From positions 416,001 to 480,000 of the forward strand of contig CAWFAK010000007.1 of assembly GCA_963813715.1 (NCBI GenBank): a stretch of DNA of 64,000 nucleotides, given 5' to 3'. A model generated the notes under the pieces. That model saw only the letters and a list, made by a program, of their open reading frames with translations. It made no database searches and was not told the origin of the DNA. Positions within the stretch are counted from its first letter, which is position 1. Each line of letters begins with the position of its first letter. Shown piece by piece: positions 13,572-23,487 of the stretch. Source of the DNA: an uncultured Planctomycetaceae bacterium (lineage in GTDB: Bacteria; Planctomycetota; Planctomycetia; Planctomycetales; Planctomycetaceae). The position numbers were made by a program, and so were the translations under genes.

Positions 13572-13790
13572 ACGGCTCGGGGCGAAGCCGTCCGCGCAGC
13601 CCGTGCCTCGACGAAAGCTCTCAAACTCCGCGCGACTGGACTTAGAGACTCATCCCGCTTCTCGGCCAGCCGTCACAATCGGTAAAACCGTTAAATTTTG
13701 ACTCGTCCGGTAGTCGATCCCAGGATAAGCGGCGGTGCCGCACGAGGGTTCGCTCGTGCGCGCGGCCGCGGGGGAGGTTCCGCGACCGTC

Positions 13791-15464
13791 ATGCGAGGCA
13801 AGGGGGCATACACCGGCGTTTCGCGGCTGGCCCGAGCGATTTTGCTCTCGGCTGGACTCTGCGGAATGTTGCCAACGGCCCGCGCTTGGGCGCAGGGCTA
13901 TTCGCCGGCGCCCCCGCCACCGTCGTACCTGCCACCGTCCCAGTCGTCGTCACCGCCCAGCACTTCGCGCCCGAACGATCCGATGAATAGCGCGCCCAGC
14001 GGTGGGGCTCCGGTCATCTCGCAGCAGACGCCTGTCGGACCGTCCGCTCCCATTCCGCAGGCGAGCGTCGCCCCAGAAGGGCAGACCATCGATCTCTCGT
14101 CGGCCTTGCGGCTGGCCGGCGTCCAAAACCTGGCGCTGGTCGTCGCGCAGCAGCGAGTCGAATTTGCCGTGGCTCTGCAGCAGTTCGCCGCCGCCCAAAT
14201 CCTGCCGACGCTGAACCTTGGCGGCAACTACGACAGCCATACGGGCACGCTGCAGCAGGACCCGGGGAACATCCTGACGCTCAATCGCAGCGCGATGTAC
14301 GTCGGCGCCGGTGCCAACGCGGTCGGCTCCGGCACCGTGCAGATCCCCGGCCTGGTCTACAGCCTCAATCTTTCGGAGGCAATCTTCGGCTATCTGGTCT
14401 CGCGGCAAAACACACGTCAGGCCCAATTCGATCGCCGAGCCGTCGACAACAACGTGCTCCGCGACGTGGCGCAGGCCTACACCGATCTGTTGCGGGCCTC
14501 CGGACTGCGTGCCCTAGCCGTGCTGGCGCGGAACGACACGGGAGAAATCGCCCGGCTGACGGCCGACTATGCGAAGACCGGCGAAGGTCGTCCGGCCGAC
14601 GCCAACCGCGCGGGCACCGAGTTTGCCCGCCGCGATCAGGAACTGCAGGAGGCGTTGGCGGCGGAGGCTCAGGCCTCGCACGCGCTGGTCGAACTGCTGA
14701 ATCTCGACCCGCTCTTGCGTCTGGTCCCACTGCAATCGCAGGTCGTTCCGCAGCCCGTCGTCCCCACGCAAATGTCGCTGTCGGAGCTGTTGGCCGTCGC
14801 CGCGCTCAACCGTCCCGAATTGTCGGCCCGCCGCACGGCGATTCGCGGAGCCCTGCTCGAGCTGGACGGAGCCCGCGTCCTGCCGTTTTCTCCAACCGTG
14901 TTGATGGGTTTTAGCGGAGGAGCGTTTGGCGGCGGCAGCGACATCGGCGCCAGCGAGGGGCAGACTCGGTTCGGCGATATCAGCGATCGCACCGATCTCG
15001 ACGTCGCGCTTTATTGGTCGCTGCGAAATTTGGGCGTCGGCAACAAGGCGTTGATCGATGCGGCCCGGGCGCGGCTGCACACGTCGGAGCTGCAGGAATT
15101 GGACGTGCTCGACACGGTGCGAGACGAAGTCGTCACCGCGTACGTGCAAGCGCTCGCCTGGCTGGCCCAGGTAAAATGGCACGCGCAGGCCGTCCGCGCC
15201 GGCGAGCAGGCGGCCAAAGAAGACTTGATTCGAGTGCGCGGGCGACAGGGGCTGCCGATCGAGTTACTCGACAGCGTGCGGCAAGTGATCGAGGCCCGCC
15301 GCGACTATCTCAACGCCATCATCGACTACAACCGGGCCGAGGTGCGGCTGTATGTGGCGATCGGGAACCCGCCGGCCGACATGCTGGCGCGGCCGGTGCC
15401 CGATCCGCTGTTGCATCCGCCCGATCAAACGCTGAGCCCGCAGACTCGGATCAACGCGCGCTAG
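13791..15464 (+). CDS. TolC/outer membrane efflux family protein (paralog 1)
   Basis: Signal peptide, Pro/Ser-rich linker, IDLSSALRLA..LPTLNLG..RPEL..DYNRAEVRLYVAIG. Confidence 0.85.
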   Translation: MRGKGAYTGVSRLARAILLSAGLCGMLPTARAWAQGYSPAPPPPSYLPPSQSSSPPSTSRPNDPMNSAPSGGAPVISQQTPVGPSAPIPQASVAPEGQTIDLSSALRLAGVQNLALVVAQQRVEFAVALQQFAAAQILPTLNLGGNYDSHTGTLQQDPGNILTLNRSAMYVGAGANAVGSGTVQIPGLVYSLNLSEAIFGYLVSRQNTRQAQFDRRAVDNNVLRDVAQAYTDLLRASGLRALAVLARNDTGEIARLTADYAKTGEGRPADANRAGTEFARRDQELQEALAAEAQASHALVELLNLDPLLRLVPLQSQVVPQPVVPTQMSLSELLAVAALNRPELSARRTAIRGALLELDGARVLPFSPTVLMGFSGGAFGGGSDIGASEGQTRFGDISDRTDLDVALYWSLRNLGVGNKALIDAARARLHTSELQELDVLDTVRDEVVTAYVQALAWLAQVKWHAQAVRAGEQAAKEDLIRVRGRQGLPIELLDSVRQVIEARRDYLNAIIDYNRAEVRLYVAIGNPPADMLARPVPDPLLHPPDQTLSPQTRINAR

Positions 15465-15487
15465 AGGACGATTCACCAGGAAGAGGT

Positions 15488-17216
15488 ATGAACGGTCGGG
15501 GGTTGCGGAGGGCCTGTGCGAGCTGTGCCACGGCGGCATGGTTCGCGCTGCTGCTCGCGCCGGCCCGCGCTCAGCAAACTGACCGCGACCGCAGCTGCCG
15601 CCCGATGCCGACGGCGCCGGCCGCTGGGCCGATCGTTGCCGCTCCCCTCAATGCCGGACCGGGCTACCCGCCCTCGTTCGCGGACAGCTCTGCCTCCCGA
15701 GGCCAGCGGCCCGCTTTCGTCGGCCGACGCCGAAGCGTCTCTCAAGCAGTTCTTGGGAGCGAACGTCGCGCCGGTCGACTTGATGACCGCGTTTCGGCTG
15801 GTCGGCGAGCAAAACCCGCAGGTGCTGATTGCCCAGTCGCGGGTGATCGAAGCGTTGGCCCTGCGACAGTTGGCCGCCGTCCAGTTCCTGCCGACGCTCA
15901 ATGCCGGCACGAGTCTCAACTCCCATCAGGGCACGCTGCAGCAATCGACCGGATCGATTCTGCAGGTGAATCGCGACTCGCTCTACGCGGGGGCCGGTGC
16001 GTTCGCGGTCGGCGGCGGCACGGTCAATATTCCGGGCGTCGTCCTTACCGGGAACGTCGCCGTGATGACCTACGACTACCTGGTCGCTCGGCAAGAGGTG
16101 GAGCGACGTCGCTTCGTGGAAAACACCGTTACACAGGACACGCTGTTGGCCGCGGCCGTCGGGTATCTCGAGCTGCTCCGCGCGGAGGAGCTGCAGAAAG
16201 TCGCCGAGCAAACGCGCGACGACGCCCGCGAAGTGGCACGGCTCACCGCCAACTACGCGCAGGCGGGCGAAGGACGCAAGGCCGACGCGGACCGCGCGGC
16301 CACCGAGCTTTACCGACGCGAGGCCCTGGTGATTCAAGCATCGTCCGATATCGGCACGGCGTCGGCCAACCTTGCGCGCGTGCTGCATCTCGATCCGCTC
16401 TCGCGCCTGCATCCGGTCGACGAGCACGTGCTGCCCAAGTCCATCGTCCCGGAGCCGATCACGCTGCCCGAGCTGATCGCCATCGCCCTCGTCACTCGCC
16501 CCGAGCTGAGCGAGCGGCGCGTCGCCATCTGCCAGGCCCTGCTGCGGCTCGAGCAACAACACTGGCTTCCCTTCTCGCCGACGATCTTTCTCGGCGTGAG
16601 CGCCGGGACGTTTGGCGGCGGCAGCAGCCTGGTGAATCAGCCGGTCGGCTCGAGCCCCGACGCGCTGGGCGATCCGCGGTTCGGCCTGTTCGATTCGCGG
16701 GTCGATTTCGATGCGGCCGCCTATTGGACCCTGCTCAACCTGGGCGTCGGCAACAAGGCACTCATCGACGCGGCCCGCAGTCGCCTGCGCAGCGCCAACC
16801 TCGAGCAAGTGGTCGTGCTCGACCGCATTCGGGCCGAGGTGGCCGCCGCCTATGCGCGGACCCATGCGCGCTACGCCCAAATCGCAATCAGTGAGATGGC
16901 CATTCAATCAAGCCTCGAAGGTTTTCAGGAAGACATGCGGCGGATCATCGCGCACGAAGGACTGCCGCTCGAGTTGATCAACAGCCTCCGCTTGCTCGGC
17001 CGGGCGCGAACCCAATACACCAACGCGATCCTCGATTACAACCGGGCCCAGTTCGAGCTCTATGTGGCGATCGGCAAACCGCCGGCGGACGTTTTGATCC
17101 GGCCTATGACCGGCGCACCCGCAGTCCCTGTCGATTTGCCGTCAACGCCGCCGGCGCCGCTGCCGCCCCCGGCACCCGGAGTTTTCAATCTGCAGAACGG
17201 CCTGCCTCGGCGCTGA
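15488..17216 (+). CDS. TolC/outer membrane efflux family protein (paralog 2), N-terminal frameshift
   Basis: VDLMTAFRLVGEQNP..FLPTLNAG..RPEL..DYNRAQFELYVAIG. Confidence 0.85.
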
Positions 17217-17266
17217 TGGCCGACGCCTTGCGACGCAGCCTTCCAAAAATAACTCCGATAGAAACG

Positions 17267-18983
17267 ATGACACATCCGACCGCTCGATCACGAACGCCCG
17301 AACGCGAAGGTTGCTCACCGGCCTCGTGCGCGGGCACGCGTGCGGCGCGCGTCGGGGCGATTCTTGGTGTCAGTCTCAGCTTGGGCGCTGTTCGGCCTGA
17401 TCGGTTGTTTCGCTTTGGTTGGAGCCATGTTGCCGAGCATCGACCTCCGCGCAGCAGGCCGCACCCGCAAACCGCTGAAAGACACGGGCGATGATGAGCC
17501 GCTCGTCGCTGACTTTCAGACCCGCGACTATTCTCCCGCGGAAAAATCCGGTCCGGCCGCAAAGGGCAGCACTCCCGCGGTCACCAATCCGGAGGAAGGG
17601 CTCGCGATTCGAGACGTCGTGCCGGTGACGGGCCAGGAGTATCCCGTCGACCTTTCGACCGTGCTGCAACTCGCCCAGGTCCAGAATCCGACCATCGCGC
17701 TCGGTCGCGAGGCCATTCAAGAAGCGCTGGCGCTGCAGCTGCAGGCCCGCGGCATGCTGCTCCCCTCGCTGAACGCCGGCACGATGTATCACCTGCACCA
17801 GGGGAACTTGCAGGAAGCCGACGGCCAGATCCTCAAAGTCGAGGAACAGTCGATCTACTTCGGCGGCGGCGACTGGACCGTCGGTTCGCAGACGGTGGCC
17901 ATCCCGGCCGTGCACATCTTCGGACACCTGGGCGACGCCTACTTCGCTCCCCTGGTCGCAACGCAGGTCGTCGCGAGCCGAACAGCGTCGTCGCGGGCCA
18001 TCGAGAACAGCAGTTTGCTCGACGTCACGAGCCGATACCTGGCGCTCGTCGGCGCCGAGGGAGAGCTGTACGCGATCCGTAAATCCGAGGAAGGCTTGAT
18101 GCAGGTGGTGCGGGCCACGGCCGCCTTCGCCAAGACCGGTCAGGGACGCGTCGGCGACGCCAACCGCTCGCGCACGCAGGCCCTCTTGCTGCACGCGCAA
18201 GAGATGCAGGCTCAGGAGAACCTGGCCGTCGCCGCGGCCGAACTGGCACGCACGCTCAATCTCGATCCGTCCGTGCGACTGCGGACGCCGGCCGGGATGA
18301 TCGAGGTCGTGCAGCTGGTCGACCCGGGCTATCGAGTCGAACAGCTCGTGCCGATGGCGCTCACCGCTCGCCCGGAGATTTCGGCCGCGGCCGCCGACGT
18401 TTCGGCCGCGGACTATCGCCTTCAGGCCGAATGCCTGCGGCCCTGGTTGCCCGTCATCTCCGTCGGCGTGAGCGCGGGGGGCTTTGGCGGCGGCGGTACC
18501 CAAGGAGGCGACGACGCGCTGTTTCAACACGTCGGCGGACGCGCCGATTTCGACGTCTACGCCTTCTGGACGCTGCAGAACATGGGCGTCGGGAACGCGG
18601 CCCTGCAGAAGGAAGAACGCAGCCACCGCGACGACGCCATCGCGCGACGCGGGCTCGTTGCCAACCGGGTCGGACGCGAGGTGACCGATGCGTTCGTCCT
18701 CTCCGAGCGTCGCCGGCAAGAACTCGATTTCGCCATGCGGCGTCTGAAGACGGCCGCGGACGGCGCCCGCGAGGAAATCGCGCGAACGCGCGGCGGCGAG
18801 GCGCTGCCTCTCGAGGCGATCAACAGCGTCAACCTGCTGACCGACGCCCGGCAGGACCTCGTGCGAGCGATCGTCGCCTACGACCTGGCACAGTTCCAAC
18901 TGTTCGTTGCGATCGGCGAAACACCCCAAGCCGCCCTCCCCGACCCGAAACGCTCCGGTCCGGTGAGTGAGGAAGGTCACTAA
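17267..18983 (+). CDS. TolC/outer membrane efflux family protein (paralog 3); start uncertain
   Basis: VDLSTVLQLAQVQNP..LLPSLNAG..RPEI..AYDLAQFQLFVAIG. Confidence 0.85.
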
Positions 18984-19103
18984 CTCGCCGCCCGAACGGT
19001 TCGCCCACTCGCCGGCACTGTAGTGGAGCTTCCACGGGGTGGCTGCGGTAGAGCCGTCAGGCTCGCCCCAGGTCTGCAATCGCCGGTTTCCTTGTTCAAA
19101 TGA

Positions 19104-19447
19104 CGGAATTATGCACTAAACAAAGCCGACCCTATTGGTTGGGATAGCCGCGGTATTCCAGTTCGCCACGCTGTTGCAGTGCGGGTAGCAGCGTGGCGAC
19201 ACAGCCGGAGAGTAAGGCTAGGCCGATCACGACGCAGATAAAGACGCCGATGAAGGGCGGCCGTTTCCCAAAGCGGCGGAGCACCCACAAGACTGCCAGG
19301 GTAACGAGCCCAGCGACCGCTCCGTCAAAAGCCAAGAGAAGCAACATCCCCATGCCGTCATTCTCGCGGCTTCTTTGGACTCTTGGGCTTCCCGCGGAAC
19401 CATACTCTCGGGCCGCGTCTCTTTGGATGCGCCGCCCACTAATTCCG
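19104..19447. mobile_element. Non-autonomous gene cassette (MIC/MITE-like) with IS1595-like ends
   Basis: Ends CGGAATTA / TAATTCCG; flanked by direct TCAAATGA (19096-19103, 19448-19455); uninterrupted site in Y3 (22050-22056). Confidence 0.8.
19132..19353 (-). CDS. Small two-TM hypothetical protein (cassette passenger)
   Basis: 73-aa ORF with two hydrophobic segments separated by RRFGKRPP; fits wholly inside the cassette. Confidence 0.6.
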   Translation of the reverse strand: MGMLLLLAFDGAVAGLVTLAVLWVLRRFGKRPPFIGVFICVVIGLALLSGCVATLLPALQQRGELEYRGYPNQ

Positions 19448-19702
19448 TCAAATGAAAGTGTCCGGACCGGATTCAGACTTCGTCCTAAACCGTATTCGCT
19501 GCGCCTCTTAACCCCGGTCTAAATCCGCATTGTGAAGATTAGACCGGACCGGACCTGACTCGACGTTTTGTGCTTTACAGTCGAGCCAAGCACGGGGTGA
19601 AGCTATGAGGAGCGGTAAGAGGTAGGCCGAGCCGGTTGGTGGTTGTGCTTGAACGTGGTAAACGGAGTTTGTTGCCAACCGTTTCCACAAAAGGACACCG
19701 CC

Positions 19703-20722
19703 ATGAAATTTGCCGGCTGCGACCTACACAAGCAGACTATCACGATTTGCGTCGTCGACCAATTGCGGCGGGTTTTGGAGCGTCGGACCGTGCGTTGTGG
19801 CGAAGAGCGGAGCATCCTCGCATTTTTCGAGAGGCTCGGGGAGTTCGAGGCTGTCGTGGAAGCGACCGCCAGCTACGAATGGTTCGTGCGATTGATCGAG
19901 CCCGTGGCCCATCGCGTGTTGTTGGCTCACCCCAAGAAGCTGCGTGTGATTGCCGAGAGCACGCGTAAAAGCGATCGGCTCGACGCGCAAATCCTCGCGG
20001 AGTTCCTGGCCTTGGACATGATTCCGACGTCTTACCGGGCGACTCCGCGGCAGCATGAGCATCGACGACTGGTGCGTCAGCGGGGCGGCGTTCAACGGCG
20101 ATTGACCTCCGTCAAGAACCGTCTGCGCCGCATTCTCTGCGACTACAACGCGGATCGTCCCAGTCTGTTCACCGTGGACGGGTTGGCGTATCTCGCCAAG
20201 TGCCTCTCTTGGGAGCGGATCGGTTCGCCGTGGATCAGATGGTCGAAGAGTTGCACTTCGGGCGGCGTCAGCTGCTGGCCGTCAACGCCCGGCTGAAGGA
20301 GTTCGCCGAGGCGGCGCCGCTTTGCGAGCAGGAAAGCGCGGACGCTGTTGCGGACGATCCCCGGAGTGGGCTTCGTGACCACCGAAGTTGTGCTGGCCGA
20401 GTTGGCAGACATTGATCGCTTCGGTTCGCAAAAGCGGGTCGTCGCTTACGCAGGGCTCTCACCGGGTCAACGCGAGAGTGCGGGCAAGAGTCGGGAGCTG
20501 CACCTGGAGAAGAACGGTTCGACGCTGCTGCGCTCGACGCTGGTCGAAGCCGCCTGGCGGCTGGTTCAGCACTCGTTACGTTGGCGTCGGATTTATGAAC
20601 GATTGAAGTTGCGCGTGCGTGCCAAGAAGGCGATCGTCGCCGTGGCCCGCCGGTTGTTGTGCCTGATGACAGCGATCTTGAAGACGGGCCAACCCTACTC
20701 GCTGAGCCAGCAACCGACTTAA
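19703..20722 (+). CDS. IS110 family DEDD transposase/recombinase, two frameshifts (~20200, ~20345)
   Basis: GCDLHK, VEATA, KSDRLDA catalytic motifs; IPGVG and AYAGLSP..ESAGK C-terminal domain. Confidence 0.93.
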
Positions 20723-20981
20723 ATCCCTGACCTTGGCAGGAGAGCACAAAACAAAACATCGATCGAAAGCGCTGCGACGACCCACAGACGACCCCGCCCC
20801 CGGCCATGAAGGCGTTCCCTCAAAGAGCGACCTTCGAAGGGTGAATGGGGCGTCTCTCGAAAGTCGGCTTCCTGGCGACATCGACGGACCTGTTCCAGAC
20901 CGTTGGTGATCCCGAATAGATGGTTGAGCGTACCGCATCGCCCAGATCACCACTTCAAACGCAAAAACCAACCCTTGACGC
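20723..20981 (+). ncRNA. Putative bridge/seek RNA-encoding region of the IS1111-type element
   Basis: Position expected for IS1111 group; stems CCTTCGA/TCGACGG and GGTGATC/GATCACC enclose GGGTG and ATAGATG, which match target-left+core and IS-right-end+core. Confidence 0.55.
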
Positions 20982-21125
20982 TACCCTTCTCATAGATGGC
21001 TGGGGTCGAGCCATCAGCCTCGCCCTTAGGTCCGCGACCCCACCGGTCTCGTGGTGCAAACGAAAGTGTCCGGACCGGGTAGTGGGGGCGTTTCCCACCT
21101 GAATTTTGGGGATTGGCACCGGAGT

Positions 21126-21349
21126 TCAGTGAACCCAAAAGCTCAGATACCATTCGAGCGCGGACCCAGCCCAAACAGACTGGCTCGCTAGCCAGAAGAT
21201 CGGTGCGTAGATCGCCTAACGGTTTCGTCGCTATCGGGCGACGTGACCAGCCGCATGGCCGGCCCGGCCGAAAGCGGATACAGCACGAAGAGTGCGAGCA
21301 TCGTCCAACAAATCCATGCCCGCTGCCGTCTCTTCGGTTCGTCGCTCAT
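21126..21349 (-). CDS. Small membrane protein (cassette passenger), one frameshift; not in ORF track
   Basis: GAGGTG RBS, MSDEPKRRQRAWICWTMLALFVLYPLSAGPA.. then shifted frame AIYAPIFWLASQSVWAGSALEWYLSFWVH*. Confidence 0.65.
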
Positions 21350-21443
21350 GCTGGCACCTCAGCGATTGGGACGGGACTTGGGTAGTGGGTGCGAGTTGTG
21401 TTGCTGGATGATCAGGCCGCTGGCGCGAGACCGCGTACGGTGA

Positions 21444-21854
21444 TCACAAGGAAAGCTGATTTAGCCATCTCGGGTGATCAGGATATTTCCCATACGGATA
21501 CTCGGGATCGCGAAAGCGTAACACGATTGGAACGGCCAGCTCATGGTCGGATTTCCAACGTGCCAACCACTCGCGCATTTCAAATTGTTTTCTTTCTTCG
21601 ACGACAAACGAAACCTCGACGGCGATGTACTGATGAAGAGTATCACTCACGACCGCCGTACCAACAACAAACCGGGTACCAGGATAAGCTTCCTCGAGTG
21701 CGCTATTCACCTTGGCGGCGGATCTCGCGACCGCAAATGTGATCGTGAAATAGCCGATCGCGACAGCGCCCAGGGCGACACAGGCTGCCGCTATCCAGGG
21801 ATGCCGCTTTAGGCGCGTGAAAAGGCCGCTGCTTGGCCTGGACAACATGTTCAC
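21444..21854 (-). CDS. Hypothetical membrane-anchored protein (cassette passenger)
   Basis: 136-aa ORF, N-terminal basic stretch + TM (HPWIAAACVALGAVAIGYFTI); GGAGGT upstream formed at cassette junction. Confidence 0.65.
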   Translation of the reverse strand: MNMLSRPSSGLFTRLKRHPWIAAACVALGAVAIGYFTITFAVARSAAKVNSALEEAYPGTRFVVGTAVVSDTLHQYIAVEVSFVVEERKQFEMREWLARWKSDHELAVPIVLRFRDPEYPYGKYPDHPRWLNQLSL

Positions 21855-22442
21855 AGTACCCCATTACCTCCGGACCGGATTCAGACTTCGCCCTAAACCG
21901 CATCCGCTGCACTTCTTAACCCCGGTCTAAGTCCGAATTGTGAAGATTAGACCGGACCGGACCTGACTCGGCGTTAGCCCAGCACTGAGATGGCTGGGGG
22001 TCAAGCCATCAGGCTCGCCGACCGGTCCGCGATTGCCGGTCTCCTTGTACAAATGAAAGAGTCCGGACCGGACCTGTTGCCATCCGATCACCGAAAGGCT
22101 CGGTGTCCGGCGTCAGCGCAACCCGGTCGGTGCCGACTCAACGCCTTGCGGCCATTTCATCCCCGCGCGCAAGCCGATCTCGCCTGTCACAACACGGCCA
22201 AACTCCATTCTGCCACAAATTGCCAACCAACCAAGATCGGTTTTCTACGCCGCTCAGTTTTCGCGGGCGGGTGGCGGGAATACACACGGATTATTTGCCT
22301 GGCGTGCCACGGTTGAGCTTGCTCAACCGAGCTCTTCACGGTTCAGCAACCGTCAGCACGAAGAGCTGAACGGCAAACCCAACGGAGGGCACCTTTTCGG
22401 AGCCACCGGCACCGCGTGCGATAGAATAGCTCGGGGGGTGAG

Positions 22443-23487
22443 ATGACAAGTTCGCAGCCAGGCGCATTACCAGACGACAATCCCGCCGCACCGCGGTCGA
22501 TCGGGCGTAAGATCGGATCGGTTCTGCTGGGGATGTGCGTTCCGGTTCCGAGAGGTAAGACAACCCGGTCCAAGGCGTGGTGGATCGGGAGACGGATCGC
22601 CTTGTTGTACCTGATCATCTTGTTCATATTCGCTTTTTTTCAACGCGATCTGATCTATCAGCCGTCGCGAGCCGACGCGATTGACCCGCGCCTCAGTGGG
22701 CTCGAACCGCGTCGCATCGAAGAGGTCCGCGTCCCAACCGCCGACGGGCTGCAACTCAACGGATGGCTGGTGCGCGCAGTTCCCAACGCCGCGCAACGCA
22801 CAGCAGAACGGTTCAGTTCATCCCGCCGTCATCTGGTTTCCCGGCAACGCGGGGCATCGTGGATATCGGGCGCTCGAGCTGGATCAGTTGTCGCGGCTCG
22901 GCGCGGACGCCTATCTCGTCGATTACCGCGGCTACGGCGACAATCCCGGCAGGCCGACCGAAGAGAATCTCGAGGCCGACGCTCGGGCCGTCTGGAAATT
23001 TGTCACGACGAGCCAGCACGTCCAGCCGTCGCAGGTCGTCCTGCTCGGCGAATCGCTGGGGGGCGGCGTGGCCACGCGGCTCGCGTCGGAACTCTCGCAG
23101 GCCGACACTCCGCCCGGCGGGCTGATCTTGTGCGCGACCTACTCCGGGCTGGCCGACGTCGCGTCTTATCAGTACCCCTGGCTACCGGTGAAGATGATTC
23201 TGATCGATCGCTTTCCGTCCGCGGAGTGGATCGCGCACGTCACGTGCCCGGTGCTCGTGCTGCACTGCAAAGCCGACGACACCGTGCCGTTCGAATCGGG
23301 GAAACGACTGTTCGACGCGGCTCCCGCGGTCTCAGCCGGTTCCGTCCCTAAGACGTTTGTCGTCCTCCCCGGCGCGCATCATATTCCTCTGTTCGCCGCT
23401 GGGGAGCCCTATCGGGAGGCCGTCAAAGAGTTTCTCGACCGGATGAGGCCGGCATCCGAGCCGGTGCGGTCGGCCGTGGCGCATTGA
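22443..23487 (+). CDS. Alpha/beta hydrolase (BEM46/ABHD17-like), frameshift near 22800
   Basis: N-terminal TM + QRDLIYQP, FPGNAG, DYRGYG, GESLGGG nucleophile elbow, D..VP, GAHH. Confidence 0.9.

Larger units (their letters stand above)
19598..20998 (+). mobile_element. IS110 family element, IS1111-type
   Basis: Subterminal inverted repeats CTATGAGGAGCGGTA (19603-19617) / TACCCTTCTCATAG (20982-20995); TG core at both junctions; long non-coding region downstream of transposase; removal restores a Y repeat. Confidence 0.88.
21078..21868. mobile_element. Non-autonomous two-gene cassette with IS1-like ends
   Basis: Ends GGTAGTGGGG / CCCCATTACC; flanked by direct TCCGGACCG (21069-21077, 21869-21877); uninterrupted site at 19456-19475; internal second end GGGTAGTGGGTGCG at 21380-21393. 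Confidence 0.8.
19033..22076. repeat. Degenerate tandem array of ~200-bp non-coding units (Y-X-Y-X-Y), interrupted by three insertions
   Basis: X copies 19461-19567 and 21869-21975 differ at 8 of 107 positions; Y copies at 19033-19460 (split), 19591-19599+20999-21068 (split) and 21983-22061 share GGCT..AGCC hairpin, CTCGCC, CCGGT(T/C)TC and CAAA(T/C)GAAAG(T/A)GTCCGGACCG. Confidence 0.9.

Noticed and set aside
17376..19079. Long antisense ORFs (also 23698..25335, 33265..34851, 42298..44439, 47307..48764, 48877..50274)
   Set aside because: Shadow frames of real genes in GC-rich DNA, with no motifs
19096..19120. dif/Xer site at AATTATGCACTAAA
   Set aside because: No matching 11-6-11 XerC/XerD arrangement
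20190..20360. Programmed frameshifting in the IS110 transposase
   Set aside because: No slippery heptamer, IS110 genes are normally single ORFs, and the window is full of indel errors
19500..21980. Integron attC array (X ends in CTCGGCGTTAGCC and contains TCTTAAC)
   Set aside because: Putative R boxes pair only over TAAC/GTTA, orientation is opposite to the cassette genes, no intI is present, and target duplications explain the cassette boundaries better
19033..22076. CRISPR array
   Set aside because: Units are ~200 bp and degenerate, with no regular spacers and no cas genes
22311..22368. Riboswitch or structured RNA upstream of the hydrolase
   Set aside because: Two hairpins are visible but no recognisable aptamer consensus
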